Shown here one piece after another: positions 54,407-63,931 of a stretch of DNA of 64,000 bases. The notes under the pieces are model-generated. The model did not search any database. It was not told the DNA's origin and was given only the letters and a program-made list of their open reading frames with translations. Every line of letters starts with the position of its first letter. The first letter of the stretch is position 1. The translations under genes and the position numbers were made by a program. Location of the stretch: the IMG/VR virus record IMGVR_UViG_3300047472_000309, positions 186,001 to 250,000 of that record; one strand, 5' to 3'.

Positions 54407-55441
54407 TTACGGGGTGAGGGTCGCGACCATCGCCGCCAGCGACTGAGGCGTGAAGGACGTCCCATCCGGTGCTTTCTCGAGCACAAACGCGTTCTGATTC
54501 CAGTACATTTGTGCGCCGTTCGGATAGGTAATCTGTTTACCATTAACAGACTGGCCATTATACGCAACACTTGCCTGTGGTGCGAAGATGTAGCTTGGCG
54601 TGCGCTGACCCGACACGTCCGCTTTTGCAGCGAGAATACTTTCGCCTGCAATCAGGCCCGCATTCGAGAGCTTGAACTGCAGCGGGTCCATGCTCGCGGG
54701 CTCCGTCACCAGCGGTGCATTTTGCGTCGGCGTCGTTATACCCAGCGCCGTCGACAGATCAGCAAGCGCCGTGCTGCTATCGCTGGAGGTCCAGTTCGGT
54801 GCCGTCACGCTGGCCAAAGCAGCTGGCGTAACATCAATCGGACCAAGACGATTGCACTGTGTGGCGTCTTGCGTGTCGTCTAGGAAATAGACGTCGCGAA
54901 TCTGGAACACGTAGCCCGCTGCGCCGTTATTCCCCCACACCAGGTTACACTTGTTATCCGCCGACACAAACGCATTGAAGTCGAAGAACACCGAGGGCTG
55001 CGCCACACCATCGATCCAGACGACGATCTGCGTATTCGCCCGGTCGATCATGATTTCGACGTACTGGTTGGTATTGAGCGCGAGTTGCGTATTGCTCACC
55101 AACGTTTGTTTGGTGCCCGCTGTATTCGTCAAGAACAACACCGGTGTGGCGGTCGCGATATTATTGATGCTGACCCGAAAACCGATGAAACTGCGCCGGG
55201 TCGTAAAATCACTGAGCGCCTGATACGGATGATTCGCATTGGGCGAATAGGTCCCGTAATTCGTATTCGGATAGGGGTTAGTATCCGTGCGGAAATACAG
55301 CCAGCCACCGCTCGAATAGATTGTCCCATACTGGCTGTAAACACCGGTGATGGTGAAGTCACCGCGCAAGAACTGCATCACCGTCGTATAGGTGGTGTAA
55401 GCAGGCAGATTGTCGAAGCCCCAAAAATCTCGGATAGCCAT
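54407..55441 (-). CDS. Family-B virion/fibre protein
   Basis: MAIRDFWGFD; IGFRV; YVEIMID; RDVYFLDD...RLGPI. Confidence 0.75.
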   Translation of the reverse strand: MAIRDFWGFDNLPAYTTYTTVMQFLRGDFTITGVYSQYGTIYSSGGWLYFRTDTNPYPNTNYGTYSPNANHPYQALSDFTTRRSFIGFRVSINNIATATPVLFLTNTAGTKQTLVSNTQLALNTNQYVEIMIDRANTQIVVWIDGVAQPSVFFDFNAFVSADNKCNLVWGNNGAAGYVFQIRDVYFLDDTQDATQCNRLGPIDVTPAALASVTAPNWTSSDSSTALADLSTALGITTPTQNAPLVTEPASMDPLQFKLSNAGLIAGESILAAKADVSGQRTPSYIFAPQASVAYNGQSVNGKQITYPNGAQMYWNQNAFVLEKAPDGTSFTPQSLAAMVATLTP

Positions 55442-55464
55442 CTTTAAACTCTCTTGATGATAAC

Positions 55465-55507
55465 GAACATAAAAACCCCGACACCCTCCCTGAGGAGAGC
55501 GTCAGGG
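55465..55507 (-). terminator. Hairpin followed by TTTTTATG
   Basis: Imperfect stem at 55476-55507. Confidence 0.6.
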
Positions 55508-55521
55508 CTCTCGTGCCGTTA

Positions 55522-56598
55522 CTAGGTGGTCGACACGGGCTGGACGATCAACTGCGTCGCATTAAAGCGCGCATCACTCCACGCATTGCCACTCGGGTCC
55601 GTCGTTTGCGGACCCGATAGATCCCGACCGTAATCCATCGTCGTATCTGTGAAACTATAGGTAGGCAGATTCTTCGTGGCTGACCCGTTATTCAGTTGTG
55701 CCGTAACTTGCGCGGCCGTCGCCACGCTCGCCGCCATCTTGTACTGCACCGCAATCATGCCTGCACCCGCAGGCGCGGTCGACTGATACGTCACCGTGAT
55801 CGGGTCGTTGGTCGGGGCATTGGACTGCGTCGGCGCAGGTGCCGGGGCTGCGCTGTAGCCGGTCTGAAAATCCAGCAAGGCGGACTTACCGTCGCTTGAT
55901 GAGTAGTTCGGGGCGCTCACAGCCGCGTACTGGGCGACGGCCGACTGAATCGGACCCAGCCGCGTATTGGGTAGGGTGGCATCGGCATCGACGAAGTAGA
56001 AGTCCTGCAACGAGAAGTTACAGGCGTTCGTGGTCACTGCGTTCGAGCCAAATACCAGATACGTGAAGCCAGTCGCCAGCGCCGCCTTATCGATGATCTT
56101 CAACCCATCGACCCAGGCCGAGTACTGACTATTGGCGATGTCAAGCATCACTTCCACGTACTGTGTAACGTTCACCGTCCGGCTGAGCTGTGTCTCGTTC
56201 ACCAGTGAGGTCGGCACCGCTGTCGCCGAGGAAGCCGTCCCAAATACCGACGAAGTGCCCGGTGCGGGAATCGCTGAGCTCCAGGTGCGAAAACCAAGGT
56301 AAGCTTTGGTCGCGCCGCTTTGCAGCAAAGGAATATCGGCAAGTGCCACGACCAGTGCCTGAGCCTGCGAAGTGCTATTGCCAAATCCCAATCCACCACC
56401 GCGATAAGTGCCACCCGACGCACCTGCCACCACGCTATTGATCACGCAGTTTGACGCACCAGCGCGCAGAATCAGCGTACCCGGATTACCGGTGAGCTGG
56501 TTATACGCATTGTTCGGTGTGTACGCAGCGATCGCAGTCAGCGGGACGTTGGATGCGTTGGCAATGTGATCGTACGTCCACAAGGCTCGCAAAGTCAT
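55522..56598 (-). CDS. Family-B virion/fibre protein
   Basis: MTLRALWTYD; LGFRT; YVEVMLD; QDFYFVD...RLGPI. Confidence 0.75.
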   Translation of the reverse strand: MTLRALWTYDHIANASNVPLTAIAAYTPNNAYNQLTGNPGTLILRAGASNCVINSVVAGASGGTYRGGGLGFGNSTSQAQALVVALADIPLLQSGATKAYLGFRTWSSAIPAPGTSSVFGTASSATAVPTSLVNETQLSRTVNVTQYVEVMLDIANSQYSAWVDGLKIIDKAALATGFTYLVFGSNAVTTNACNFSLQDFYFVDADATLPNTRLGPIQSAVAQYAAVSAPNYSSSDGKSALLDFQTGYSAAPAPAPTQSNAPTNDPITVTYQSTAPAGAGMIAVQYKMAASVATAAQVTAQLNNGSATKNLPTYSFTDTTMDYGRDLSGPQTTDPSGNAWSDARFNATQLIVQPVSTT

Positions 56599-56680
56599 GT
56601 TAATCTCTCTTCAAAGAAACTGGGTCTGGAAGCCATTTAGTAAAAAAATAACTTCCAGAATACACATCATTAGCCGCCTT

Positions 56681-58354
56681 TTAGTCGAGCACAAAGGGTG
56701 CCGCAGGCGGGGTAAAGTTCGCGGTGTAGCGCGCGATGTTACTCACCCGCAGTTCATCGATGTAGCCTGGGAACTGCGAAGCCGTGTTGTACTGGTTGCC
56801 GCCAATCGTCCACGTACTACCCGATAGTCCAAAGGTCAGTGCCGACGTCAGAGTACCTTGGGCGACCCCGCCGATGTAACCCGTGTAGACACCATTCGCG
56901 TACACCACAGCACAGTGCTGCCATTTGTTTAGCGTAAAGGCTGCAGCCGAGGCCAGTGACTTCCAGCCCGAGCCGTCGGTCAGGTAGATACCCAGTCCCT
57001 TGTCGCTTTGCTGACCAATGGAGGTTTGTGTCGTCGTCGTGTTGGCGGTCTTCGAACTGAGAATGGTTGTGTCGCCCAGGGCTGCGGTCCGATAGAGCCA
57101 GAACTCAACCGTCATGGCGTTACCAAGCACCATCGTCGAATCGGAGGCAACCGAGAGGTTACCTGTGGTACCCGAGTTATACGACTTGCTCCCCATGGCC
57201 ACTTGACCCGTGGTAAGCACGCCATTACCGTTCGACGTCCAGGTCCGACCTGTGTCATCGACAAAGCTTTCCATGTGCATCAAGAGCACGGTGTTCAGGG
57301 TCTTCGGCGTGAGGATCGCGCTCGTCGCATTGATCTTTGCCGGAGTCCACAACCCACCATCCGGTGCCTTACGCTGCACGCCCCACTTCTGGTTATAGAG
57401 GTTCGTGTTCGGTGACACCACAATTTTACCCGCATCCAGCGTGTTCGATGCCTGACTAAACGACACATCGATCGAATTCGACGCTGAATCACCGATCAGG
57501 GTAAGTTGTGGCTGCACGGCGATGATGGGGGTATTCGCCGACACACCGGTGCTCATGTTCGCAGTCACGGGTTGATTATTCGCCGGGGCTGACGCACTAG
57601 GCGTCGTGACCGGCGGGTTCTGCAAGGCAGTCGTGATTGCTGTCGGCAAATCCGCCGCACTATTGAGCGTCCAGCCCGCTCCAGCGATATTCGAAAGCGC
57701 GGCGGGCGAGGAGCGAATCGGTCCCAATCGTACCGTATCCGTGCTGTCGAAATCCAGGAAGTAGAAGTCCCGATAACCTCGTGCAGCATTCGCCGTACCT
57801 GCCGTACCGCCCGTACCAAATACACCATAGCCGGTTGCGGGAAACGCGCTGGCGCCATACGCCGCCGAGCGCACGAGATTACCATTCACATACAACCAGT
57901 ACGTGAATGTCGCTGAGTCCACGATGAGCTCCACATAGAGCTCAGTATTGGCGGGGGCCACCAGATCTGCTTCGTTGATCCAGATCAGCAGCGTGGCGGT
58001 CGCCCAGCCTGCGGTTGTAATGAAGACTCGGCCAGGCGTGGAGCCTGTGACGGCCTGAGTCGACTTGGTGCGAAAACCAATGCCCCACTTGGTGGCCCCC
58101 GACATGTTCAGCGCCTGCGCCAGCTTGAACCAAATCATGCTCCCGTTGCCGCTGGAGTTATTCGTCGAAGTGGCAAAGCCGTTTGCATCCACTGCAAGCG
58201 GGCTGCTTGCGTAGGTGTACGTGCAGCCTGGATTGCCCGTATAGTAGTTGTAAACGTTGCTCGGACCCGTTGTCGAGGTGAGGTCAGTCGTGCCGGTGAG
58301 CAAACTTGTACCCACTGGCGCATTATCAAACGACCACAAGTCATGGATTGCCAT
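56681..58354 (-). CDS. Family-B virion/fibre protein with an appended C-terminal LamG domain
   Basis: MAIHDLWSFD...RGYRDFYFLD..RLGPI; TVLLMHME...GYIDELRVSNIARY. Confidence 0.8.
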   Translation of the reverse strand: MAIHDLWSFDNAPVGTSLLTGTTDLTSTTGPSNVYNYYTGNPGCTYTYASSPLAVDANGFATSTNNSSGNGSMIWFKLAQALNMSGATKWGIGFRTKSTQAVTGSTPGRVFITTAGWATATLLIWINEADLVAPANTELYVELIVDSATFTYWLYVNGNLVRSAAYGASAFPATGYGVFGTGGTAGTANAARGYRDFYFLDFDSTDTVRLGPIRSSPAALSNIAGAGWTLNSAADLPTAITTALQNPPVTTPSASAPANNQPVTANMSTGVSANTPIIAVQPQLTLIGDSASNSIDVSFSQASNTLDAGKIVVSPNTNLYNQKWGVQRKAPDGGLWTPAKINATSAILTPKTLNTVLLMHMESFVDDTGRTWTSNGNGVLTTGQVAMGSKSYNSGTTGNLSVASDSTMVLGNAMTVEFWLYRTAALGDTTILSSKTANTTTTQTSIGQQSDKGLGIYLTDGSGWKSLASAAAFTLNKWQHCAVVYANGVYTGYIGGVAQGTLTSALTFGLSGSTWTIGGNQYNTASQFPGYIDELRVSNIARYTANFTPPAAPFVLD

Positions 58355-58441
58355 AACCTACTCCAATGTAATTCGATGACATAAGCGGACACCCAATCTC
58401 CTCTCCTCACCTAGGAGAAGAGACCGAATGCCCTCTCATGT

Positions 58442-60166
58442 TTAGTTGATGTTCGCCGCTGTGGTCGACTGCGGTTGCAACACCAGGTTAGTCGCCGAAA
58501 TGGTACTGCTAGTCCAGGCGTTGCCATTCGGATCGGTCGTCTGAATGCCCGCCAGATCTCGTGTGTACTGCGCTGCGGTATCGCGAAACTGATACGTCGC
58601 CAGTGCCTTGTTGGTTGCGCCTTCTTGGAGCGAAGCCAACAGGTTTGTCGCAAACGGTACCTGCGCGGCGAGCTTATACTGCATCGCGAGAACCTTCTGT
58701 CCGGCCGGAACGCTCGCAGAGAAGTTCACCGTCATGGGTTGATTATCCGCGCCGTTTTGGACGAACGGTGTAATAGCAGGTGTGGCCGCGTAAGCCGTTT
58801 GCAAAGCCGACACTGTGTTACCACTCGAATCTGCCACGTACGTCGAGCCATTAAGCACGCTCGCGTCCAGATGCATCAGGAGCATTGTGTTGGCATCCGT
58901 CGTGAACGGCCCAGTCGGCGGAGTAAAGCCTGTCGTGTAGCGTGCCACATTCGAGACCCGGAACTCATCAATGTAACCTTGCCAGGGACTGGTTAGATTG
59001 TTATTATTGCCGAGAATCAGGTTCGCCGTATTGTTACCGAATGTCGCGTTGCTCGCCACGTTACCCAACGCCACCCCGTTCTGGTAAATGGTCCAGGTGC
59101 CTTGGTAGCGGACCAGCGCCAGATGGAACCACTGGTTGACCACCGGGTTACCTGTCACACTGAGCGCGGGCGTGCCCGAACTCTGGTCGGTAAGGAGCTG
59201 CCACACGCCTGAGACATATTGCAAACGCCCCCACGGTGAAGCGCCTGAGTCCTTACCCAGAAAACCTGCCGACTGCCCAGCATTGGTGCTCATGGCCCAG
59301 CACTCGTACGTCATGTCACCCGTTACCGTGCGGTACTGCACGGCATCAGGAATCACCACTGCGCCGCTGGCAGCACCATTCGTCGTAAATGAAGCGGGGC
59401 CAAACTTCGCCTGAGCATTCGAAATCGCCGATGCGCCATTCAGCGTACCGATAAAGTTTCCGTAGTTCGGCGCTTGCACGCCGCTGACAAGCGGGCTAAG
59501 CGGCGTGCTCGTGATCGGACCGAGACGACCATTGGGCTTGGTGGCGTCCACATCCAAGAAGTAGAAGTCTCGGAAGGCCTGTCCGAACGAGCCGCTAAAG
59601 GTTTGACCACTGTAGACGAAGTGAGTGAAACCGGTTGGCAGCGTCCCACTGGTAGTCGGCAGGCCATTGACGTAAGTCTGATACGTGTGGTTAGCGTTAT
59701 CCAGGAAAACTTCGACGTACTGTGCACCTGCTACGCCCGCTGTCACGCGATTAAGCTGGGTTTCGTTGATAAGTGAAACAATGTTAGCGCCTGAACTGCC
59801 GAGCGCGCCCGACGCGGAAGACGGCAACACACCGAAACAATTACAACCGCTTGGTGCAAGACCAGTGGCGTAGGTACGGAAGCCCAACCAGGCCTGCGTA
59901 GCGCCACCCTGAAACAGACCAGAATCCGCCAGCGAAATCACATAACCCGCATACAGCGTGGAGTTACTGACCGCCAAACTCAGCCAACCCGGTGAAGGCG
60001 TGGTGCTGATGTTAGCGCCATTGGAGCTGTTGCCGGTCATGATCGCGCCAGGCGCGCCGTACTGAGTCTGAAGGCTATTCGGCGTGGCATAGGTAGTGCC
60101 GACCGTCAACGCAAACGCAGCCGTGAGCTGAACATGGTCAAACGAGATTAATGCGCGGAGCGTCAT
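58442..60166 (-). CDS. Family-B virion/fibre protein with an internally inserted, circularly permuted LamG domain
   Basis: MTLRALISFD; the LamG core ends ARYTTGFTPP then DANTMLLMHLD, after which family-B sequence resumes. Confidence 0.8.
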   Translation of the reverse strand: MTLRALISFDHVQLTAAFALTVGTTYATPNSLQTQYGAPGAIMTGNSSNGANISTTPSPGWLSLAVSNSTLYAGYVISLADSGLFQGGATQAWLGFRTYATGLAPSGCNCFGVLPSSASGALGSSGANIVSLINETQLNRVTAGVAGAQYVEVFLDNANHTYQTYVNGLPTTSGTLPTGFTHFVYSGQTFSGSFGQAFRDFYFLDVDATKPNGRLGPITSTPLSPLVSGVQAPNYGNFIGTLNGASAISNAQAKFGPASFTTNGAASGAVVIPDAVQYRTVTGDMTYECWAMSTNAGQSAGFLGKDSGASPWGRLQYVSGVWQLLTDQSSGTPALSVTGNPVVNQWFHLALVRYQGTWTIYQNGVALGNVASNATFGNNTANLILGNNNNLTSPWQGYIDEFRVSNVARYTTGFTPPTGPFTTDANTMLLMHLDASVLNGSTYVADSSGNTVSALQTAYAATPAITPFVQNGADNQPMTVNFSASVPAGQKVLAMQYKLAAQVPFATNLLASLQEGATNKALATYQFRDTAAQYTRDLAGIQTTDPNGNAWTSSTISATNLVLQPQSTTAANIN

Positions 60167-60235
60167 GATTCCCTCTGTCAAAAAGCTTAATGCATATTCC
60201 AGGAAAGCCTCTGGGAGGCTCTCCCAGAATCGGTA

Positions 60236-60580
60236 TTACGCTTGTCGCGGCGTTTCGTTGTACTGCAAAACCAGAAGATTGTGTGGACCATTCGCCCACG
60301 GCAACTCCAGCACCAACGCGTACTTGAACAAAGCGTTCGAGGGTAGGTGCGTGTGGTTCACGCCGTTAAACTTCACCTCAGTCCCAGCCAACGTATAAGG
60401 CTCTTCTTCTTTGTCGGTCCATTGGGCACGATGCTCGCCCTTGTCATGGGTGCTCAAAGATGCCGCCAGAAGCGTCGCATCCGTCGCACTCAATACACCG
60501 AGTGGTACTTTCGTCAGCACATCACCATCGCTGGAAAAGTCCGTGAAGAAGAGATAGTTCGGCCAAAAAGTCGTTGCCAT
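60236..60580 (-). CDS. Stand-alone C-terminal half of a family-A fibre protein
   Basis: TTFWPNYLFFTDFSS resembles AVYGPAYLYPYDFTS; FKYALVLEL...LLVLQYN resembles YKYVMAIQL...LYLHYN; AAGGA RBS. Confidence 0.65.
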   Translation of the reverse strand: MATTFWPNYLFFTDFSSDGDVLTKVPLGVLSATDATLLAASLSTHDKGEHRAQWTDKEEEPYTLAGTEVKFNGVNHTHLPSNALFKYALVLELPWANGPHNLLVLQYNETPRQA

Positions 60581-60593
60581 CTCACATCCTTTC

Positions 60594-61094
60594 TTAGAAG
60601 CCCGTCAGTACGTTCGAGTAGAACAGATTACTGATGTTAGGCAAGGGAGCCAACACGCAGTCAAATGACCCGGTGTACCCGTAGGAGGTCGACAGCGCAG
60701 TCAACGTCACGTGGGTGTTACCGTCGCTGCCGGTCGTGGTCTGCGCGTCGGCAATATCTGCCATCGTGAGCGTGAAGCCATACTGGTCACGAATCGTGGT
60801 GAGCACCGTGGACACATCGTTACCCGGTGCGGCCGTAATCAGCACCGGCGAGAAGTTGGACCACGCACCCAGATCGAGTCGATCGTAGTACAGCGTCAGG
60901 TAGCCCCGCATGGGAGCGCCCGGATTCATCAACACACTAACTTTGGTGTTCTTTCCACCCGCCACGTCCGCTTGTTCAGCGGTGGTCGTAGGCTTGATAG
61001 CCTGGACAGTGAATTGGCTTGAAGTAACCGTCAGGCCAGAGGCCGCACTGATCATTGACGCGAGGTCATCAATCGAGCTTTGATACAGACTCAC
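60594..61094 (-). CDS. Family-A module-only protein (N-terminal half)
   Basis: KNTKVSV...GYLTLYYDRLDL; ends NVLTGF. Confidence 0.75.
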   Translation of the reverse strand: MSLYQSSIDDLASMISAASGLTVTSSQFTVQAIKPTTTAEQADVAGGKNTKVSVLMNPGAPMRGYLTLYYDRLDLGAWSNFSPVLITAAPGNDVSTVLTTIRDQYGFTLTMADIADAQTTTGSDGNTHVTLTALSTSYGYTGSFDCVLAPLPNISNLFYSNVLTGF

Positions 61095-61106
61095 GCTGAC
61101 CTCCCG

Positions 61107-61988
61107 TTAATTAAAATGCAAGTAGAGCTGACCCTGAAACCAGGACCCTGCGACAGCCGTGATCACTGTCACGTTAGCGTACTTGTTACTGTTCGCACCC
61201 GGCACGCTTGCAGCGGGCAGCACATAGCGCGTCATCGCCAAATTACCCAGACCGCCTTGGGTAGCTGAATCCTGCCCACTGAAATTCAGGTCTGGGCGGC
61301 TTTGTTGCAAATACGCGAGCACAGCCGAGTAGTTCGCCTGGGTCCAGTTGGTCGGTGTGGCTGACGCAACGGACGAAGGCAAAGCCAGCAAGGCCGTGCG
61401 AATCTGTGAGCAATCCAACCCATAGGTCAACACGTCGGCTTGGGGCTTACGGCCACCGCCAAAGGTATTGCCCCCTGGATACAGCTTACCAGCGAGCACT
61501 TGATTCGTGATCGCCTGGTGCATGGTCGGCACCCCCTGCGTCCACTTAAACGTGAACGAGCCTTCGTAGCACAGCGAGCCTGCGACGATCGAAACCGGGT
61601 ACGACGTTCCGGAGGTAAAGCTCGTGTTGCTAAAGTCACTCGGCACCAACTCCGTACCGTACTTCGTATTGAACGCCGTACAGAACTGCGCCGCCGTCAT
61701 GGTAGTTGAGCCGAGATAGTTATCCAGCGTCAACGTCATGCTGCGGAAAAGATTGGCGAGGTTAATTCGCCGGTAGTACAGCGTCTGCGTCCCGATATAC
61801 TTACCGAGGTTACCCGGCACTGAGAGCAGTCTAAGACTCGTGTCCTGGATCTGTCCCGACCCAGGCGTTACTGCAGTTGGCACCAACGTCCGAAGCATGT
61901 CGACCGTCAGCGGCACCTTCAAGCCCGGATTCGACGTGTTAATCAACCCGAGCAAGGTGTTCAACTGCGTGTCAAGAAATGGGTACAT
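61107..61988 (-). CDS. Family-A virion/fibre protein
   Basis: LLGLINTSN...YIGTQTLYYRRINL; C-terminal LYLHFN. Confidence 0.78.
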   Translation of the reverse strand: MYPFLDTQLNTLLGLINTSNPGLKVPLTVDMLRTLVPTAVTPGSGQIQDTSLRLLSVPGNLGKYIGTQTLYYRRINLANLFRSMTLTLDNYLGSTTMTAAQFCTAFNTKYGTELVPSDFSNTSFTSGTSYPVSIVAGSLCYEGSFTFKWTQGVPTMHQAITNQVLAGKLYPGGNTFGGGRKPQADVLTYGLDCSQIRTALLALPSSVASATPTNWTQANYSAVLAYLQQSRPDLNFSGQDSATQGGLGNLAMTRYVLPAASVPGANSNKYANVTVITAVAGSWFQGQLYLHFN

Positions 61989-62004
61989 TCAACACCTCGT
62001 TTCA

Positions 62005-62034
62005 GGGAGTGGGGGTGACCCACTCCCCTATGCT
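62005..62034. terminator. Hairpin with TATGCT on the plus side
   Basis: GGGAGTGGG-GGTGA-CCCACTCCC-CTATGCT. Confidence 0.65.
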
Positions 62035-62040
62035 CTCGAC

Positions 62041-62934
62041 TTAGAAGTTGTTCGGGTCGAACGGATCGTTGTAGTGCAGATACAACGTGCCCGAAGGCGT
62101 CGTCTGACTCGCCGCCAGCTGAATGGCCATCACGTACTTGTACGCCGGATTAGTCGGATTGTTCACTGCGTCATTCAGTCCGTTCGAGAGAATGGTCGCC
62201 CCCGTCAAGTTCCAAGTCGTGTTCGCACCCGTGTCCACCCACAACGCCTTACCTGCGCCAACATCTACCGCCTGGATAGCGGCTAACACGGCATCGAGCT
62301 GCGCTTGCGTCATCGCGCCCGGCGCATAGGTGAGGAAGGTCGATTGCCATGACGTAAAGTCGTACGGATACAGATAGGCCGGACCGTACACCGCGGTAGC
62401 GGGCGGTGCTGACGCATCGGCCACCGGATAGTTAATACCCGGCAATTGCGTGGTCGAGGCAGCTGCATCAAGCGGCACGCCGCCTGCGACGACATTGAGC
62501 ATCACACTACCTTGCCAGCCAAGCGAATTCGGATCGGCCGAAAGCTGCACCTGACCCGTACCGTCGCCATTGAGCGTGATGGGCAGATTCTGCAAATCCC
62601 CCTGCACGAACTGGATACCCAGGTAGTATGCGAGCTGCGGTAGGATGTCCCAGGTCGTCTGAGGGTTGCTCACGGCCAGATCCGTGACACCGGGCAGATT
62701 GGCCAGCTGGGCCAAATCGAGGCGATTGTAGAGAATCACCTGCGAGCCTTGATAACTTACTGAAGCCGCCGTTACTTTCACAGCGGTGTTGCGATCGCTT
62801 GACAGACCTTGCCAGGTCCCCGAGACCACTTTCGGATTCGAGAACGACAGATCAGACGCCATAAACGGCGTCGCATTGGCCGCGTTGATCGCGTTCAGCA
62901 AATCAGTCAAGGATGGGAGTTGAAAAGTCGACAT
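62041..62934 (-). CDS. Family-A virion/fibre protein
   Basis: LLNAINAAN...RNTAVKV...YQGSQVILYNRLDL; LYLHYND. Confidence 0.78.
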   Translation of the reverse strand: MSTFQLPSLTDLLNAINAANATPFMASDLSFSNPKVVSGTWQGLSSDRNTAVKVTAASVSYQGSQVILYNRLDLAQLANLPGVTDLAVSNPQTTWDILPQLAYYLGIQFVQGDLQNLPITLNGDGTGQVQLSADPNSLGWQGSVMLNVVAGGVPLDAAASTTQLPGINYPVADASAPPATAVYGPAYLYPYDFTSWQSTFLTYAPGAMTQAQLDAVLAAIQAVDVGAGKALWVDTGANTTWNLTGATILSNGLNDAVNNPTNPAYKYVMAIQLAASQTTPSGTLYLHYNDPFDPNNF

Positions 62935-62943
62935 ATCTCACCC

Positions 62944-63921
62944 TTAAACGTTGTAATGCAAGATGATCCGGCCCGCACCCCACGACGCTGCTCCAGGCAG
63001 ATCGAGATACAGTGCGCGATTGAAGTACTTGCTGTCCGCTTCCGGCAGGGCCGCACTGGGCAGGGTCACGTTCGTGAACTTTAGCCCATACAGACTGTAC
63101 GGGGTCGAGGCCGGATTGGTGAAGTTGTACTGCCCGACGGTTGCTGCGTTGATCGAAGCCAGCAGCGAGTTATGGACTGTCGCGCCTGTGCCGGTTTGGG
63201 TGCCCAGGGCGTAGCTGGTCAAGTAAACAAGGACTTGAGCCAAGCTCTGGCTCGCCGCTACACCCGCTTGGTTAAGCGCATTAGTCCAGTCAATCGAGTA
63301 GAAATCCAGATCCGGCACGTAGATCGAGTTATCGACCACGTTACGCCCACCAGGGAACACTCGCGCGTTTTCCAGACTCGTCACCGAAATCATCGAACCG
63401 ATGTCTTGCGGCGCTTGCACCCAGTAAAGCGCAAAGCTCCCGATGAAACCGGGGCTGCCGGTGGCGGCAGCGACGTTCACCGAGCTGTTACGCGTGCCTG
63501 CGGCCAGACCGATCGCCGCAACGGCGTTGGTGTTACCCGCGGGCAGGCTTGCATCGACGATGTCGGTTGCGCTCAGGCTCAGACCGTACTTGGCGTTGAT
63601 CGATGGCAACAAGTCCGAGATCTTGTACGGGGAAACACCTGCTCCAGCAGGCGAATACTTGTAAATAACGATCGGCAGATTGCGAAACAAAATGCCGAAA
63701 TCCAACCGACGATACAACAGCGTGGTGTTACCCACGTATTTGGTTCCGGCCTGTGCGGTGACCTTGATCGACGTATTCTGAACATTACCGCCCGTGGGAG
63801 TGACAGCGGTCGGCGTCCCGTAAAGCGCATTCGTCGCGGTCAGCGGTACAGGCAGAGAGGGATTCGCTTGGTTGATCAGGTCAACCAGCATCTGCATGGA
63901 CTGCTTGGGATAAAGAGACAT
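62944..63921 (-). CDS. Family-A virion/fibre protein
   Basis: LVDLINQAN...QNTSIKV...YVGNTTLLYRRLDF; IILHYNV. Confidence 0.78.
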   Translation of the reverse strand: MSLYPKQSMQMLVDLINQANPSLPVPLTATNALYGTPTAVTPTGGNVQNTSIKVTAQAGTKYVGNTTLLYRRLDFGILFRNLPIVIYKYSPAGAGVSPYKISDLLPSINAKYGLSLSATDIVDASLPAGNTNAVAAIGLAAGTRNSSVNVAAATGSPGFIGSFALYWVQAPQDIGSMISVTSLENARVFPGGRNVVDNSIYVPDLDFYSIDWTNALNQAGVAASQSLAQVLVYLTSYALGTQTGTGATVHNSLLASINAATVGQYNFTNPASTPYSLYGLKFTNVTLPSAALPEADSKYFNRALYLDLPGAASWGAGRIILHYNV

Positions 63922-63931
63922 GGTTCAAGCC

